Source: Amoebidium appalachense (taxonomy: Eukaryota; Protista; Ichthyosporea). From it: DNA of 64,000 nt. How positions within the stretch are numbered: the stretch's first letter is position 1; every line of letters starts with the position of its first letter. The stretch lies in assembly GCA_963693365.1 (NCBI GenBank), contig CAVNZM010000009.1, positions 8,041,408-8,105,407 of the forward strand. The letters are read 5' to 3'. A program made the translations under genes and the position numbers. Positions 1-22,560 of this stretch are shown in pieces. The notes under the pieces are model-generated. The model did no database searches, was not told the DNA's origin, and saw only the letters and a list, made by a program, of their open reading frames with translations.

Positions 1-264
1 GTGGGGGAGGGGGGAGGGGGGGGGGGGCAGGGGGGAGGCACGGGGGTCGGGCGGATACAAAGGGTGAATGGGGGGGGAGGGGATGGTGACGGGGCTTTCA
101 CAATTGAATCAATTGGTAGATGAGTGGGTGGGCAGATGGGGTGAGGGGTGGTAGGAGGTGGGGAAAACTTTGATAAGTGCATGTGTCAGCAGCCGTGACA
201 TATGAAAAGTGGTACAGTCTGCAATAAAATGGACTGGCACCATATACTCCCTCAATCCCCCCCC

Positions 265-295
<31 letters not shown>

Positions 296-581
296 ATCTG
301 CTTCATACGCAGCATGAACATAATTTCACAAGCACAATCATCTTCGTTCCTCGCCCACCCAGCCCCTCCAGCCAAAGAAAGAAGTAAGAAAAGTAAATGT
401 AGAAGAAAAAAAAGATGCATAGGAACAGATCAGGATCACAGATTACACTAGACACACGTAAGAGGCACACCTTGCTTCGTTGATTTCACACCATTTCCTT
501 ATATGGGTGATCCGATAGATTAATAATAATAAACGTCATTTCTTAATGTTTTTCTTTTTAGCACGTAAGCAACTCACGTAC

Positions 582-10480
<9,899 letters not shown>

Positions 10481-10840
10481 TTTGTTGTGTAATTACACCT
10501 GTAAGATATGAGAATCTTTTTTGTAGCATATTGTATTGAATCATATGCTATATTCTTACATGCTTGAAGTCATAAACTTGCAAGCTTCCCATGCTGAATG
10601 CATGCCTCAGTTATCGGCCTCTCTCTAGGACTCCCCCCTTCTAGAAAATAGAAAACCCCCCTTGGCCGTAGTCAATATTCGCTTTTAAACGAGTACTACT
10701 ACTCGTAAATCCGTAAGAAATGCCTCCCATTCAACGGTTATGATGCTCGGAGTTCGGTTCCGTCTGAGACGCTGATGCGCATGTTTCAAGCTGACGGGTA
10801 CCGACACGGGTGCGGCTGATACAGTTCCAACCACTAACCA

Positions 10841-10945
10841 CCAATCAATAAGCCGCTAAGCTAAGCTTACCAATTAAGGCTTATCAAAAATGATCAGGAA
10901 AGCGTTTAGATCTTTGATTGGGCCAAAGCGCACCTGATGACGTCA
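10841..10945. promoter_or_regulatory. Putative promoter of the SAM/RA gene (CCAAT cluster plus CRE-like site)
   Basis: CCAAT at 10841 and 10870, ATTGG at 10917, TGACGTCA at 10938-10945; 360-460 nt upstream of the ATG at 10480. Confidence 0.4.
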
Positions 10946-11198
10946 CATGAACACCACGGTGCTTGGGTTGGGGACTCGGGGGGGGGGGGGGGGGGGGGGG
11001 GGGGAGGAGGGGATGGATACAACATGGGAAAGGAATGCAAAGTGCCAGCAAGACGTCTACTGGTGCAGGCACTACAACTATGACCTCGGTGGTCAGAAAT
11101 AAAAAACACATCATGTTTATAGACTAGACTCAGTATCCGTAACCCGGTGAATAATAGTTGCTGAGAGAGATTCTGAAAACAAGTTCGTTTTTTTTTTT

Positions 11199-11246
<48 letters not shown>

Positions 11247-11739
11247 GCGGAGGGATGGGTGCCACACTCGGAGGGGGCAAGTTTCATCTAAACAGCCTGA
11301 ATTCAATGCGGCATGGCCCGCTTTTTTATAGGCAAAAATGGTATGGAAAGGTGTAGTAACAAGCAATAGGATCCATTTACCGGCTGCTCCAACGAGGGAG
11401 AATTTCAGGATATCACAAATGCAACCACTCTGCACCAAATAAAACACTTGTGAAGGCGGCTGGGCAACACGCACTGCTAACAAACACATCATGTTTGACG
11501 AAACCAGTTCACCTCGGAAAGTTTATTCTGTATCACATTCATAAAATCGAGTAAGAGGCGTAATAAGTGATCACACCCTACATTCTGACAGCCTCATGCG
11601 TGACAGACGCCATTTCAAATCAGAAGAATCATTTCATAATCCATTCAAGAGTGTATAGCAGTTGATAATTTTGCTATTCGCTCAGACATTCGTTGCAACA
11701 TAATATTTACTCATTCCACCATCATATCATATTATTAAG

Positions 11740-12984
11740 TTATGCAACCAGGGACTGCCCCCAGTGGATGGAACCAGTAGCCCTGCTTTCACGTCCATTA
11801 ACCTGGTTTAAGACCAACGGTCTCGAACATGGGATGGCTAAAACTGCTGCGCGGACATTTTCATTTGCCGTGCTCTCGGTCGTGGAAGCGGACGAACCAG
11901 AATTCGTCGACTCCAATGTGCTCACGCTCTCATTCTGCCGGCCCGTGCTGTGGTGATTGCGGTGGTGCAGGTGGAAGAAGTTGAAGAGGCTGTGGTGGTG
12001 GTGGTGGTCTTTGTGATGGTTACTGCGCTGGCCAGGCTCTGGTGTGCCAGCACGGCTTGGCTCTGCGCTCGTGTCAATCTCGATTATCTCGTGGCTATGA
12101 TCCTTCGGCGGTGCAGAGTAGAGGACCGACGTTGAAAAGTCTGAGTCGACGGCCTGTACTGCCGTGCACTTGACCCGGTGGTTGGATATCGACGTAATAA
12201 GTCCCTCAAGAATCCCATCTGCGGCTGCTGGTCTCATAGTTTTGACAATGAATTCACCGCCCGCTGCTGCCGCCTCGAACAGATGGTAGCGAACCTCGTG
12301 GTCGGGCGCTCCGAGGGTGCAGTGGCCGTTTATCTCCACGATTGTTTCGCCACAAGGAACATGGTGTTGCTCAGCCAGGCTGTTGGGCACTATAGCACTC
12401 ACTTTTCCCTCCGAGTAGATGATGCCAGCCGGTGCATCAGCCTCACCCTCGCTAGCGTACACGGGATTGTGACGCTGCTTGCTCGCGCTCTTACGTGCGC
12501 TGAACGAGTGCCGGGCACCTTTGTCTGCCGAGTCAAACGGGTTGTACTCTTCCTCCAGGTGGACAGTGTGAGTAAGTGGTGCCTCTCTAATCTCCATAGT
12601 AACCACATGTGCGCTCCGAAGAGCACTCTCCACTGCCCAAGGTTCCATCCCTAAAACATCGGTCTCGTTAAAGCTGAGGATCTCGTCACCAACCCTGAGG
12701 CCCGCCCTGTAAGCAGCCGAGTATGCAAGAATGTCTCCGTCCTGTGCCTGTGAAACGAAACAGACCAGAAGGCGGCGGCCAACAACTACGAATTCGGCAC
12801 CAAACCCTGCTCCTGAGTATTTCGTCAACGTGACATCGCGCCTCAGCTTATTACCCATACTGGTGGGACATTCAGATGGGTCTTGCTCTTCAATTGGAAC
12901 AGCAGCGAGGGAACTAGTGCTCGACTCATTCTTGTAACAGCAAGTTGGTGAACTACACCTAGAGTCTCGACACTGTGCTATCAT
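11740..12984 (-). CDS. Syntenin-like tandem PDZ-domain protein, 414 aa, single coding exon
   Basis: Uninterrupted ORF. PDZ1: RDVTLTK..GFGAEF..SAAYRAGLRVGDEILSFN..VTMEIREAP. PDZ2: AGIIYSEGKVSAIVPNSLAE..IVEINGHCTLGAPD. These parallel syntenin motifs (GLRFGDQVLQING, IRDRP, GFIFKNGKITSIV). An acceptor 12 nt upstream of the ATG suggests a 5'-UTR intron. Confidence 0.85.
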   Translation of the reverse strand: MIAQCRDSRCSSPTCCYKNESSTSSLAAVPIEEQDPSECPTSMGNKLRRDVTLTKYSGAGFGAEFVVVGRRLLVCFVSQAQDGDILAYSAAYRAGLRVGDEILSFNETDVLGMEPWAVESALRSAHVVTMEIREAPLTHTVHLEEEYNPFDSADKGARHSFSARKSASKQRHNPVYASEGEADAPAGIIYSEGKVSAIVPNSLAEQHHVPCGETIVEINGHCTLGAPDHEVRYHLFEAAAAGGEFIVKTMRPAAADGILEGLITSISNHRVKCTAVQAVDSDFSTSVLYSAPPKDHSHEIIEIDTSAEPSRAGTPEPGQRSNHHKDHHHHHSLFNFFHLHHRNHHSTGRQNESVSTLESTNSGSSASTTESTANENVRAAVLAIPCSRPLVLNQVNGRESRATGSIHWGQSLVA

Positions 12985-13713
12985 TCTCGTTCTTGCCTAT
13001 GAACTGCCAAATTGATATTTCTTCTGTCAGTAAGTTTTTGGCTGGAACCGTAAGAGATAAAACACACCTAAGTAATTTAAAAGCTTGTTTGAAGAGACAA
13101 AAGAGAATTTCTTGACATGTTTTCCGGAGATGCTGCACAAAGGCTAGGCTTCCCAGTGAATCGATGGGATTTATATATGCCTCTGGTCGGAGAAAACGGA
13201 ATTTGGTGCTATTTGGTGCACAATCTAGCCACCATTTTCGGTTTATTAAAAGTTTTGAAGTTCTGAAAATACGAAAAGGGGTGCGTAATGATGGCCCGTG
13301 TTTCATGAAAAGTTTTGAAAATAATAAATTTCAAACCATTTACAGGGAATGCTTTACGAAACCGATGAATTCTTTCGGTCGGAACGTAGATCATCCATGG
13401 AATTCCATCATCCAAATGGAACACAAAGGAATGCGTGAGATTGCGTGTGCGTGGAGGCCGAAGCCTGCCACCTGAAGGCTCAGGCAGCGTCAAGGCTGCG
13501 CTGCGCATTGGCAGCAACGAGAAAATACCCATGTCCAGCAGCATCAAGATAGCCGCGGGTAATACTTTCATGATTGCCTTTTCCCCTTTTCTCTAAGATG
13601 CGTGCAGCGGCAGTTTGGAAAAGCAAAAAACCTTGCAAGCCCGGGCCTTTAGCAAAAGCAAAAAGCTATGAGCGCATCGCAATGTTTAGATCCACTCCAT
13701 CAGGAGGCAAAAA

Positions 13714-13785
13714 GGCGGGAAATGATTGGATCGAGGCGACACGATGAATTGAAAAGCCAATTAAATGCAGCACCATGCTGATTGG
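13714..13785. promoter_or_regulatory. Putative, possibly bidirectional promoter: E2F-like site plus three CCAAT boxes
   Basis: GGCGGGAAA at 13714-13722, ATTGG at 13725, CCAAT at 13757, ATTGG at 13781; lies between the minus-strand PDZ gene and the plus-strand candidate gene. Confidence 0.4.
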
Positions 13786-14575
13786 GTAGGGCTATAAACT
13801 TCGTCCGGAATCCGATCGGAGGAGCCTCGTCGACCGTTAGCAAAATTTTCTAATGCAGATATATGAATATAGCATCTTTCTGTAGTATACACAAAAAGCT
13901 GTTGCACCCAATGTAAAAATGCAATAATATTGGCTTAGTACCTTTTCCCAACACCGTGTGTTTCCCTCTCCTTTCTGGGATAGATTGTGGAGCTCGCAAT
14001 AGATCACAGAATTGCGAAGTCCGGACATGCATGCATGTGTATACTACAGCACCGTCGACAGAAAAGGAGGGGGAAAAACTTAAAATGCTAAGAAATAACG
14101 TCAAAAGAAGAAAAAAAAATAACACGTATTTCAAAAAACGAGCTTGACTTGTGGTTAGTCTAACTTAGTGCTAAAAGTCCTGATTTATTGTGCGTATCAG
14201 TAGAGCGTATACGTCGCTTCCGTGCTGTAATCTTCCGTTGAACAGGGGGACCAAAGAATGTGCGAGAACGTGATCGAATTCGGTGCTCTCAGTCTCACGT
14301 GAGTCACAGCTGCCTCAGCGAGACTCGGGAGTCCTGATGGGAGCGCTGACAGGGACCACTCACTGGCCTATGCATATGATTTTTTCCATCCAGCAAATTC
14401 AAGCCGCCAGCGTGCACTGGCCAGTGCACCCACGTGCACATGTACACGGCAGCCGCCCGCCCGCAAGTGCATCTCATGGAGATGTGCGCCGAAGGCCGCT
14501 CGTGAGAGCCTTTCCGTCAAACATGTACGCCCCCTTTGTGCACCCTTGTAATGCTGCTGTGCATGAGAGGAAGGG

Positions 14576-14619
<44 letters not shown>

Positions 14620-15688
14620 GCGGAGGCTATAGTAGGGGAGTGGGGGAGGGCCCGAGCTCGAGGGAGGTGGCCACGGGGGATCGAGGGGGCCACCAACCAC
14701 GTGACACCTCCGGATCATGTTGTTGTACTAATCCGACCGCCCGCCCCTAAGCCCGACGCCACCCTCAGGGCCTCCCCTCTGATCTCCCCCCTCTCTCCCT
14801 CCCTCCCCCCCCCCCCCCCCCCCCCCCTTCCCCCCCCTTCCCCCTCCCCTCCTCTCCATCTCATATGATTTTTCAAAGCCCCCCCGGCGGCCCCGGCTCC
14901 CCGTCTCTTCGATCGAGCTCGCGATCGAGCTCGATCGACCTCCCCCCTTTCCGAGCCCACATGTACAAGTCCGCGCGGCTCCCCGGGTCCCGCTCCCCTC
15001 CCATGGCCACCCCACTCAACCCCCGGCCCTTCAACCCTCCCCGCCCCTCCCCTCTGGAAACTCCCCCCCCCCCCCCCCTCCCGGCCCCCCCCCCCCCCCC
15101 CCCCCCCCCCCAGTGAACCCCGACGGGGGGGCCGAGAGGGGGCACGTGCGCATGCACCTTCCACAGGATCGGGAAACTGAGGGGAGGGGGGGAGGGGGGG
15201 GTTGCTCTCATCATACTTAGACTGCCTGGTAAACGATGATTAGCTCATGACACGTTGACTCGTGCCACTGACACAATTTCTCCCTCTTTTTCTTTCCTGT
15301 CACTCTCCCCGGCGCATCCTCCCCCCCCCCCCCCTCCCCCCCCCCCCCCCCCCCCCCGGCCCCCCCCCCCGCGCCTCTCTTTAGGTCTTCTCTATCTCCC
15401 CCTCCTCCCCGGCCCATATTCTCCCCGTAGTATAATAACCTATTAATAGCGCAAACAACGATGATGACATGCTTGCATGCAACGTTCATTAGTGTCAGAA
15501 AGCATGCACCCGTCTCAATACGTATTGTATAATACACACAAATACTAGGAAGGCACATGCATGCCCGCACGTTGTGCACACCCTGTGCCTAATAACATGA
15601 AGAAGACTTTCAGTCACTGACACACACCAACACATGCACACACACGCATGCATACACACGTACATCATAGTACTTACACAAACACACA

Positions 15689-15746
<58 letters not shown>

Positions 15747-15747
<1 letters not shown>

Positions 15748-16466
15748 CAGGTACACACGCCGGTACCCTCTTCTCTGGCACACACGGGTATTAATAAATG
15801 CCATGCCATTGGGCCCATTCTTGCTCAACGTCAGCATGTACAACTTTCATATGTGGCACGATGTTTAGTTTGTTACGCCAATTTGTGAATAACTGTGCCG
15901 AATGTATTGCCAACGCTTTGACACATGGATGCATGCGATCATTGAAACTTTCCAACTTGGCCGGCGCTACTGAATCGTATGCACACAAATGTGATGTGCA
16001 TGGCACGCCAATCGCATACACATGCACAAGCACACACATGTTGCGATAGTTCCTCTGGTTCTACCCCAATAAAAATTTGAAGGGCTGATCAAATCATTAG
16101 GAAGAAGCGACTGCTGTCCAATAGTGGTGGTAGTGGTGGTGTTACTCGTTTGTTTGTTTCATTCAAATGTGTTTTTCTTCTCTTCTTTTCTTTTTCTTTT
16201 TCCTTTTTTTTTTTTTCTTTAGGGGGAGGGGGGGGGGGGGGGGGGGGAGGTGGGGGGGGGGGGGGGGAGGGGACTCGGCGGAACCCACCACCAGGGCGGT
16301 TCTTCAATTCCCATATTCACTTCACTACCACCACCTGCCAGCGCAGACAACACCAACTGCTGCATACCCACGTGTGTGCGGCACACAACGCGTGCGCGCG
16401 CGCAAACACACACACACACACAAACACACACACAAACACACACACACACACAGACAGACACACACA

Positions 16467-16501
<35 letters not shown>

Positions 16502-18054
16502 CCACAAACACGCACGCACGCACGCAGGAACCGCGACTGCGCTGTGCTACATACTGCGTGAGATCCTAACGCTGAGTGTGCTCAGCTTTGGGGGGCCGGC
16601 GGGGGGGGGGGGGGGCAGGGGAGGAGGATGGGACCACCAGGGGGGACCTCGATATTTACTACTGCCACCCGGGGGCAAGGCACTTTATTGCCCCCCGCCC
16701 CACCCACCCCTCCTACCCCCCACCCCCCACCGAACCGCCCCCCCCCGGGCCCCTCCCCCCGGGGCCCCCCTCCCCCCCCCCCCCCCCCCCCAAAAAAAAA
16801 AAAAAAAAAGAAAAGAAAAAGAAAGAAAGAAAAAAAAATCTCAAAATTTAACGCGAATCCGTAGGGCTGCATGCACTGGTGACTGCAGGATTGCCAAATT
16901 TTATCATAGAAAACCGGTATGTACATTAGGAGCCGTCGGCAAGCGCACATGGGCTGCTCGATGGCCACCCCACTATCATGAAGTACATTTGAAAGGTTGT
17001 GTGGTTACTGAGTCCCCGGAGCGGGAATCGCCTGCGGTACGTGTGATAAGCACGAGCAAGTGTACGGCTACGCCAAAACTGGACCTCAGCCGCATTTAGG
17101 TTGTGTATGAGCGTGTGTGTTTGACAATATGAGTGTGTGTGTTTCTGTGTGTGTGTCTGTGTGTGTGTGGTGACGATATGTGTGTGGGTGTGTTTCTGTG
17201 TGTGGGGTGTGTGGGTGTGTGTGTGTGTGTGGTTGAGTTTGCCTGTGTGAGTGACCGTGTGGATGCGCACCCTTGTGTTGTACAACGGTATGAGCCTTCC
17301 CTCCCCCCTTCCCCCGCCCTCCCCCCCCCCCCGGCGTCTCTCTCTCTCTCTGTCGTGGCACTCTCCCTCACTACCTCCCTCTCTCTCCACCCCTCTCTCT
17401 TTCTTTCCTTCGCATTCTCTCTCTTTCCCCCTGGCCCCCTCCTCCCCGGCCCCCCCTCTTTCCCCGCCTCCGCCCAACCCCACTTGTGCCGGGGAGGGGG
17501 AGAGGGGGGGGGGGGGGGGGGCACAGTGTGGAAGGTGGACTGAAGGTGGGGGAAGAGGTGGGGAGCATTGTGTTGTGGTGGAAGGTGGGGGGAGAGGGAA
17601 GGGGAGAAGCGTAAGAGAAAGAGAAAAGAATGTGGGGGGGGGGGGGGGAGGGGGAGAGGGGATGGGTAGATAGAGAGAGAACAAGGTGCAGGGATGTTGT
17701 GGATAGGGAGGGAGGCAAGTGAAGGATGTGGGGCAGGGGGGTAATATAGGGTAGGAGGATGGACGTTGGGGAGTTTGCAGATGGAGATTCTGTGGCAGCA
17801 GCTTCCTCCCATGTTCAGGGGGGATTCCAACAGCTACCGGGAGGTCTCCCATGACATCTGGGCTGAGTGCAAGAGGTACCACAACTCATATCAAGACTGG
17901 ATCCGTGACGTGGCTGCAAAGGTAGAAATACATCCCCCCCCCCTCCCCCCACAAGCACACACACCACTCCCTCCCTCCCTCCCCCCCAACAACAAGCAAA
18001 CAAATAACCATAGACACATGCACACAGGCACACACGCACGCGCGTGCGCGCGCG

Positions 18055-18093
<39 letters not shown>

Positions 18094-18243
18094 TACACAT
18101 GCACACACACACGCACACACACACAGACAAAAACACACACAAAAACACACACACACACGCACACACGCGACATGCACACACACACACAAACTCACACACA
18201 CACGATTGCGCGCGCACACACACCCACACACACACACACACCC

Positions 18244-18290
<47 letters not shown>

Positions 18291-18494
18291 CCCGCCCGCC
18301 CCGCCCGCCCGCCCCTCCCCCGTCATTAATACGTATGGGCTAGGCCAACCAGCACCCTACCCTGTATGACATGCAAATCTCTTGGCATGCAGGGGCAGGA
18401 GATAGACGGTGCATGTGGCCGGGCAGTAAAACTGAGACACCCGAGGCAAAGGGCACGTCAGCTGCAACGAAACGGTTCCTGTAAACGATGCTAA
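15747..18494 (+). CDS. Tentative multi-exon gene of unknown function; further 5' exons probably at ~14.0-14.5 kb
   Basis: Phase-compatible AG/GT-bounded exons 15747-15787, 16528-16557, 16865-16916, 17781-17921, 18393-18494 give [98 protein letters not shown]. Exon 17781-17921 is the most convincing. Confidence 0.4.
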
Positions 18495-18690
18495 TACACG
18501 CAAAGCACGGACTTTGTACATCACTGCCCCCTGAATTCGAATCTGGCCTGTTCAGTGCTGGTCCTCACCAGCACGACCAGTATAAACTTCTCCCAACCTC
18601 GCTTACCCTACAGGTTGTCCCCCCCCCCCCCCCCCCCTCCCGGCCGCCCGCCCCCCCCCCCCCCCCCCCCCCTCCCGGCCGCCCGCCCCC

Positions 18691-18721
<31 letters not shown>

Positions 18722-19619
18722 AAAAAATAAATAAAAAAAAAATAATGCCTTCACCTCCTCCTCACCCCCTCCCTGTGTGTTGTAACCGCATGCAAACCCC
18801 CCTCCCCCCGATTTCTACCCTTTGTTGCCATCACGGTGTGCTTGCAATGTGTTCTCTATCGTGTCAGTGCTACTATGCTGGCACATACCGGCATGCGCCT
18901 AGCTGAGAACACCATCATGCTCATAGATCAAAAATTCAAAATAGATGAATTGGATTTATTCATGTAATTGATTGGATACCCAACGTCCATTGAAAAACCG
19001 GCAACATTTAAACATGACTATTTGTGTCATTTATTGGCTGAAAACGCACCATCCCCCCCCTCGGTAGGACATCACTTGTAACCTTTTTTGTCCTTGTGCA
19101 ACACCTGATGTTTGCCAGTCATCTTTATAGTCATCCATCTGTCTGTTTGCCGGTACGTGCCGTGCACCATTCCATTTCTCAACGTGTGGTGTTATGGCGC
19201 CACTGGTAGTATTGCACGTTAGTACGTACTTTATTATCTGCCAAACGCGGTAAGCTTACTGAAAGCAATCATTGTGATGCAAGAATTGAACCAAGCACGG
19301 CAAAAATGCTATTATGGGCTACATAAGCTTGGGGTTTACGCTGTTTACTCGAGGCAAAGAGAACCAGTCTCAGGTATGGGGGGGGGGGGTTTGCTCGGAG
19401 GGGGGGGTTAAGCTTGAGATTTCAAATTCTGATGCATTGCAAGAGGCCTTGTAGTGCACTATGTACTGCACGTAGTGTCACGTACAATACTACCAGTGGC
19501 GCCATAACACCACCCGTTGAGAAATGGTGCACGTGTGGTGGTGGGGGAAGAGGAGATCCGGTGGTGGTGGTGGTGGTGGGCCGGGGGGGGGGGGGGAGGG
19601 AGGGGGGGGGGGGCATTAC

Positions 19620-19774
19620 GAACAAGTCCCCGGACGATTAGGCTTGACCCGTTACGATTCGGTTCGAGCCGGTACGAGTGAGTCCGCCCAACCCTGGGAA
19701 TGGATAAGACTCGTGCGCACTCGGAGGCCCGGAAGTCCGCCTTGATTTCGCGGATGTAACGACGGAAAAGACGG
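19620..19774 (-). mobile_element. Short second fragment of the LINE-ORF1-like element
   Basis: 19697-19774 matches 20851-20929 with one substitution and one indel, then joins different GC-rich sequence. Confidence 0.5.
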
Positions 19775-20585
19775 CTGGAAATACTCAAATCTGTTTCACA
19801 TCAATTTTTTATTTTTATTTTATCACGTTTTGTTCCCGGAGGGCCTTTTCAGGCCTTAACTAGGGAAACTACCGTCAACCACACAGCACCGACAGCACAC
19901 TAGTTAAGGTGCTATCTATGAGTTCAGCTAAGCTAAACCATCCTGCACAACCTAACTATAAGTACACACTTTGCCCAGGGCTACTACCCCAGCCACGCCG
20001 GCAGGAGTGTTTCACATCACTCGCACGTCCCTTTTCTGCGTGTACCCCCCGATCGAGGCGCCGGCCGTCGAGCCGTCGAGCCTGCATGCGCATAGCAGGC
20101 TGCGCCCAGGGCCGGGGTGGCCGAAGCAGGGGCCGCCAGGGGGGGTCTATGCCGGAAATGCATGAGCCCCCCCTGCCCAGACGTCGGTCTGGGCCCCACA
20201 ACGTCGTCGTCGAGAGCTGCCTGAACTCAATGTGTGGTGTGGTGGGTGGGGCACAAAACGTGCGCGTACCGCCAACTCACAGTGTACGAAGAGAAAGTGT
20301 GGCCGGCTACGCGCACGGCAAACGAAAAATTTAAAGGTACCCGTCTGCGGGCTGGTTGCTACCACCTACTGAGGCGGTGTCTCCCTTTTCTTTTTTTTTT
20401 TTTCTTTTCTTTTTGCAAAAAGGGACAGTAGATGTATAACGTCGCACGTGCGGCAACACGTCAGTATGTGTTAGGGCTGTAGTTGGTTGCTACACAAAAC
20501 ACCCGTGCTGCCAGCAGCGCGTGTGGGCCAAGTACCGCCGTATCTGTATTTAGCTAGCCGGATCACGCCTTGCTCTGTGCGGGCA

Positions 20586-21156
20586 CTAGTGATCTGTGAA
20601 ACACCTTTTATCTGCTACGCATATAAAACAACCATTGCACAGACGCCGACGCAACATATTGTAGTAGTTGGCTTGGTCTTGGCGTCCAACAGTTCCTTCT
20701 TCTTGATCATGGTTCCCTTCTGCATCGGGTTGGAAGTCCTTGGGGTCGAGCACCTCAAGGGTTTGCAACGGCGGAGGTGATCAGTGAGGGCCGCGCGGCA
20801 TACCCGGGATTCACCAATAGCTCAAGAATCTGGCCACCAATGAACGAGTAGGAATGGATAAGACTCGTGCGCACTCGGAGGGCCCGGAAGTCCGCCTTGA
20901 TTTCGCGGATGGAACGACGGAAAAGACGGACATACACTGCGATGAGGTCAGAGGAGGATTGGCCGGAGGCCGTGCCCGTGGTAGGCTGGACTGGCTGCTT
21001 GGGCGGACGAGCCTTGAGTCGTTGAGCCGCATTCACAAAACCATCAACAAGGTGCACGTTTTGACCGATATTGCGAATGGAACGAGCCACAGAGCGACGC
21101 TCATCGGGGCCTTGAGCAACAGCCGCGGCATAAGAACGCTGCTGGGGCTCACGCAC
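20586..21156 (-). mobile_element. Degenerate non-LTR retrotransposon ORF1-like remnant
   Basis: Intronless and GC-rich. Encodes RSYAAAVA and VYVRLFRRSIREIKADFRALRVRTSLIHSYSFIGGQILELLVNPGYAA, then across frameshifts ALTDHLRR..LEVLDPKDFQPD. From memory this resembles ORF1-like proteins of early-diverging fungal LINEs; not searched. Confidence 0.5.
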
Positions 21157-22297
21157 AGGCTGAGAAGCGAGTGCATGAGTGGTACCACCGGTCCGGGCAA
21201 TAGTATCGCAAACAGCATATTCACAATCATTAGCTTGTCACGAGAATCTTCCCCCCCCCCCTCCCCCCCCCCCCCCCCCCACCACCACCACCACCACCAC
21301 TTCCACACACACACACGCACAAAAAGCGTCAAACATTGCACGCGCACGAGACTCTGAAAGATATCTTTCAATGAGAATTCCTGGGAGACAGGATGCTGCG
21401 TTTTTAAGTGTTTTGTTTCTTTTCTACTGCCTCTTCCTCATTCATCCCCCTCCCCCCCCCCCCCCCCCCCCCCCCCGTCCCCCCGCGCGCGCGGAGAATT
21501 TGCAGCATCAGCGACAGCTGCAGCGCCGCCGTTAGGGGCTACTTCTATGTATATAGTGTAGTAGGTTTCACCACACACAGAGGTCCTTAAACTACTACCT
21601 TTCTTGTATACTAACCTGCCCCTCACGGCATACATTCACATGATAAAATACATTAGTGCGCATGCATGGTTGAAAGTTGCACGCTGCAGGGAAGCGTTCT
21701 GTTGAACTTCCAAGTCTGAGAAACGACACTGGCCTCCCCTCCCTCCCCCCCCCCCCCAAAAAAAAAAAAAAACCTGTCAGTCTGTGTGTATCTAAATGTG
21801 TGCGCGCATGAGTGTGTGTGCGTGTGTTATGAGCTTGCACACGAGAGGATGTGTGTGTTGGTGTGTGTGGTGGATGGCGGTGCATGGGTTGGGGGGGGGG
21901 GGGGGGGGGAGGTGGGAGGGGAGCTGGGGACTGGGAGTGAAGGTAGTAGACATGATATATGCATATGGTAATAGTTGTTGAGAGGCGGGTTTCTGTCTGG
22001 TTTTATTTTTCTGGCTTACATTCACAGTTGTTTTTTCTTGGTCTTTATTCCTATGGTAAGGAACCAATCTTCAAATAAAGAAAAAAGACGTCCTCGTTAA
22101 GGCCGTTGGATTTCTACTCATAACTCTAATACTAAAAAGATCACGACTGTAAGGCGTATATCATACCTGCAGAAAACCACACCAAGCTTTCAGATGCGCC
22201 GAGATTTTATGACAACAAGAATTCTCTGATTCATTCACCCAAGTACTGCACAAACCATAACCTTTTCTATTAATCATGATTCTCTCTGATTAATCAT

Positions 22298-22560
22298 GTA
22301 CACAGACACGTCTTCTTACATTCTTTCTAGACCCAAACGCAATGCCACAAACGCCTCCCCCCCCCCCCCCCCCCCCCCCCCCCCACCCCCAAACACAGAC
22401 ACACAAACACGCATGCACGTACACAGACGTGTCTCCTTACCTTCTTTCTAGATCCAAACGCAATGCCACAAACGCCTCACTCCCCCCCCCCCCCCTCCCC
22501 CCCCCCCCCCCCCCAAAAAAAAAAACACAGACACACAAACACACACGCACAAGCACACAA
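22298..22560. repeat. Imperfect ~120-bp tandem duplication
   Basis: gtacacagac..tttctaga(c/t)ccaaacgcaatgccacaaacgcctc, poly-C, aaacacagacacacaaacac occurs twice. Confidence 0.75.

Noticed and set aside
109-420. NEDDCACEIMFMLRMKQ as a further exon of the SAM/RA gene
   Set aside because: Plausible peptide, but no phase-compatible acceptor was found.
13209-13571. Signal-peptide-like ORF as first coding exon of the PDZ gene
   Set aside because: Splicing from its donor near 13472 to 12996 is out of frame with the PDZ ORF and stops at 12959; at most a uORF.
19655-19675. GGTTCGA T-loop-like motifs here and at ~58411 and ~63157
   Set aside because: No tRNA cloverleaf can be formed.
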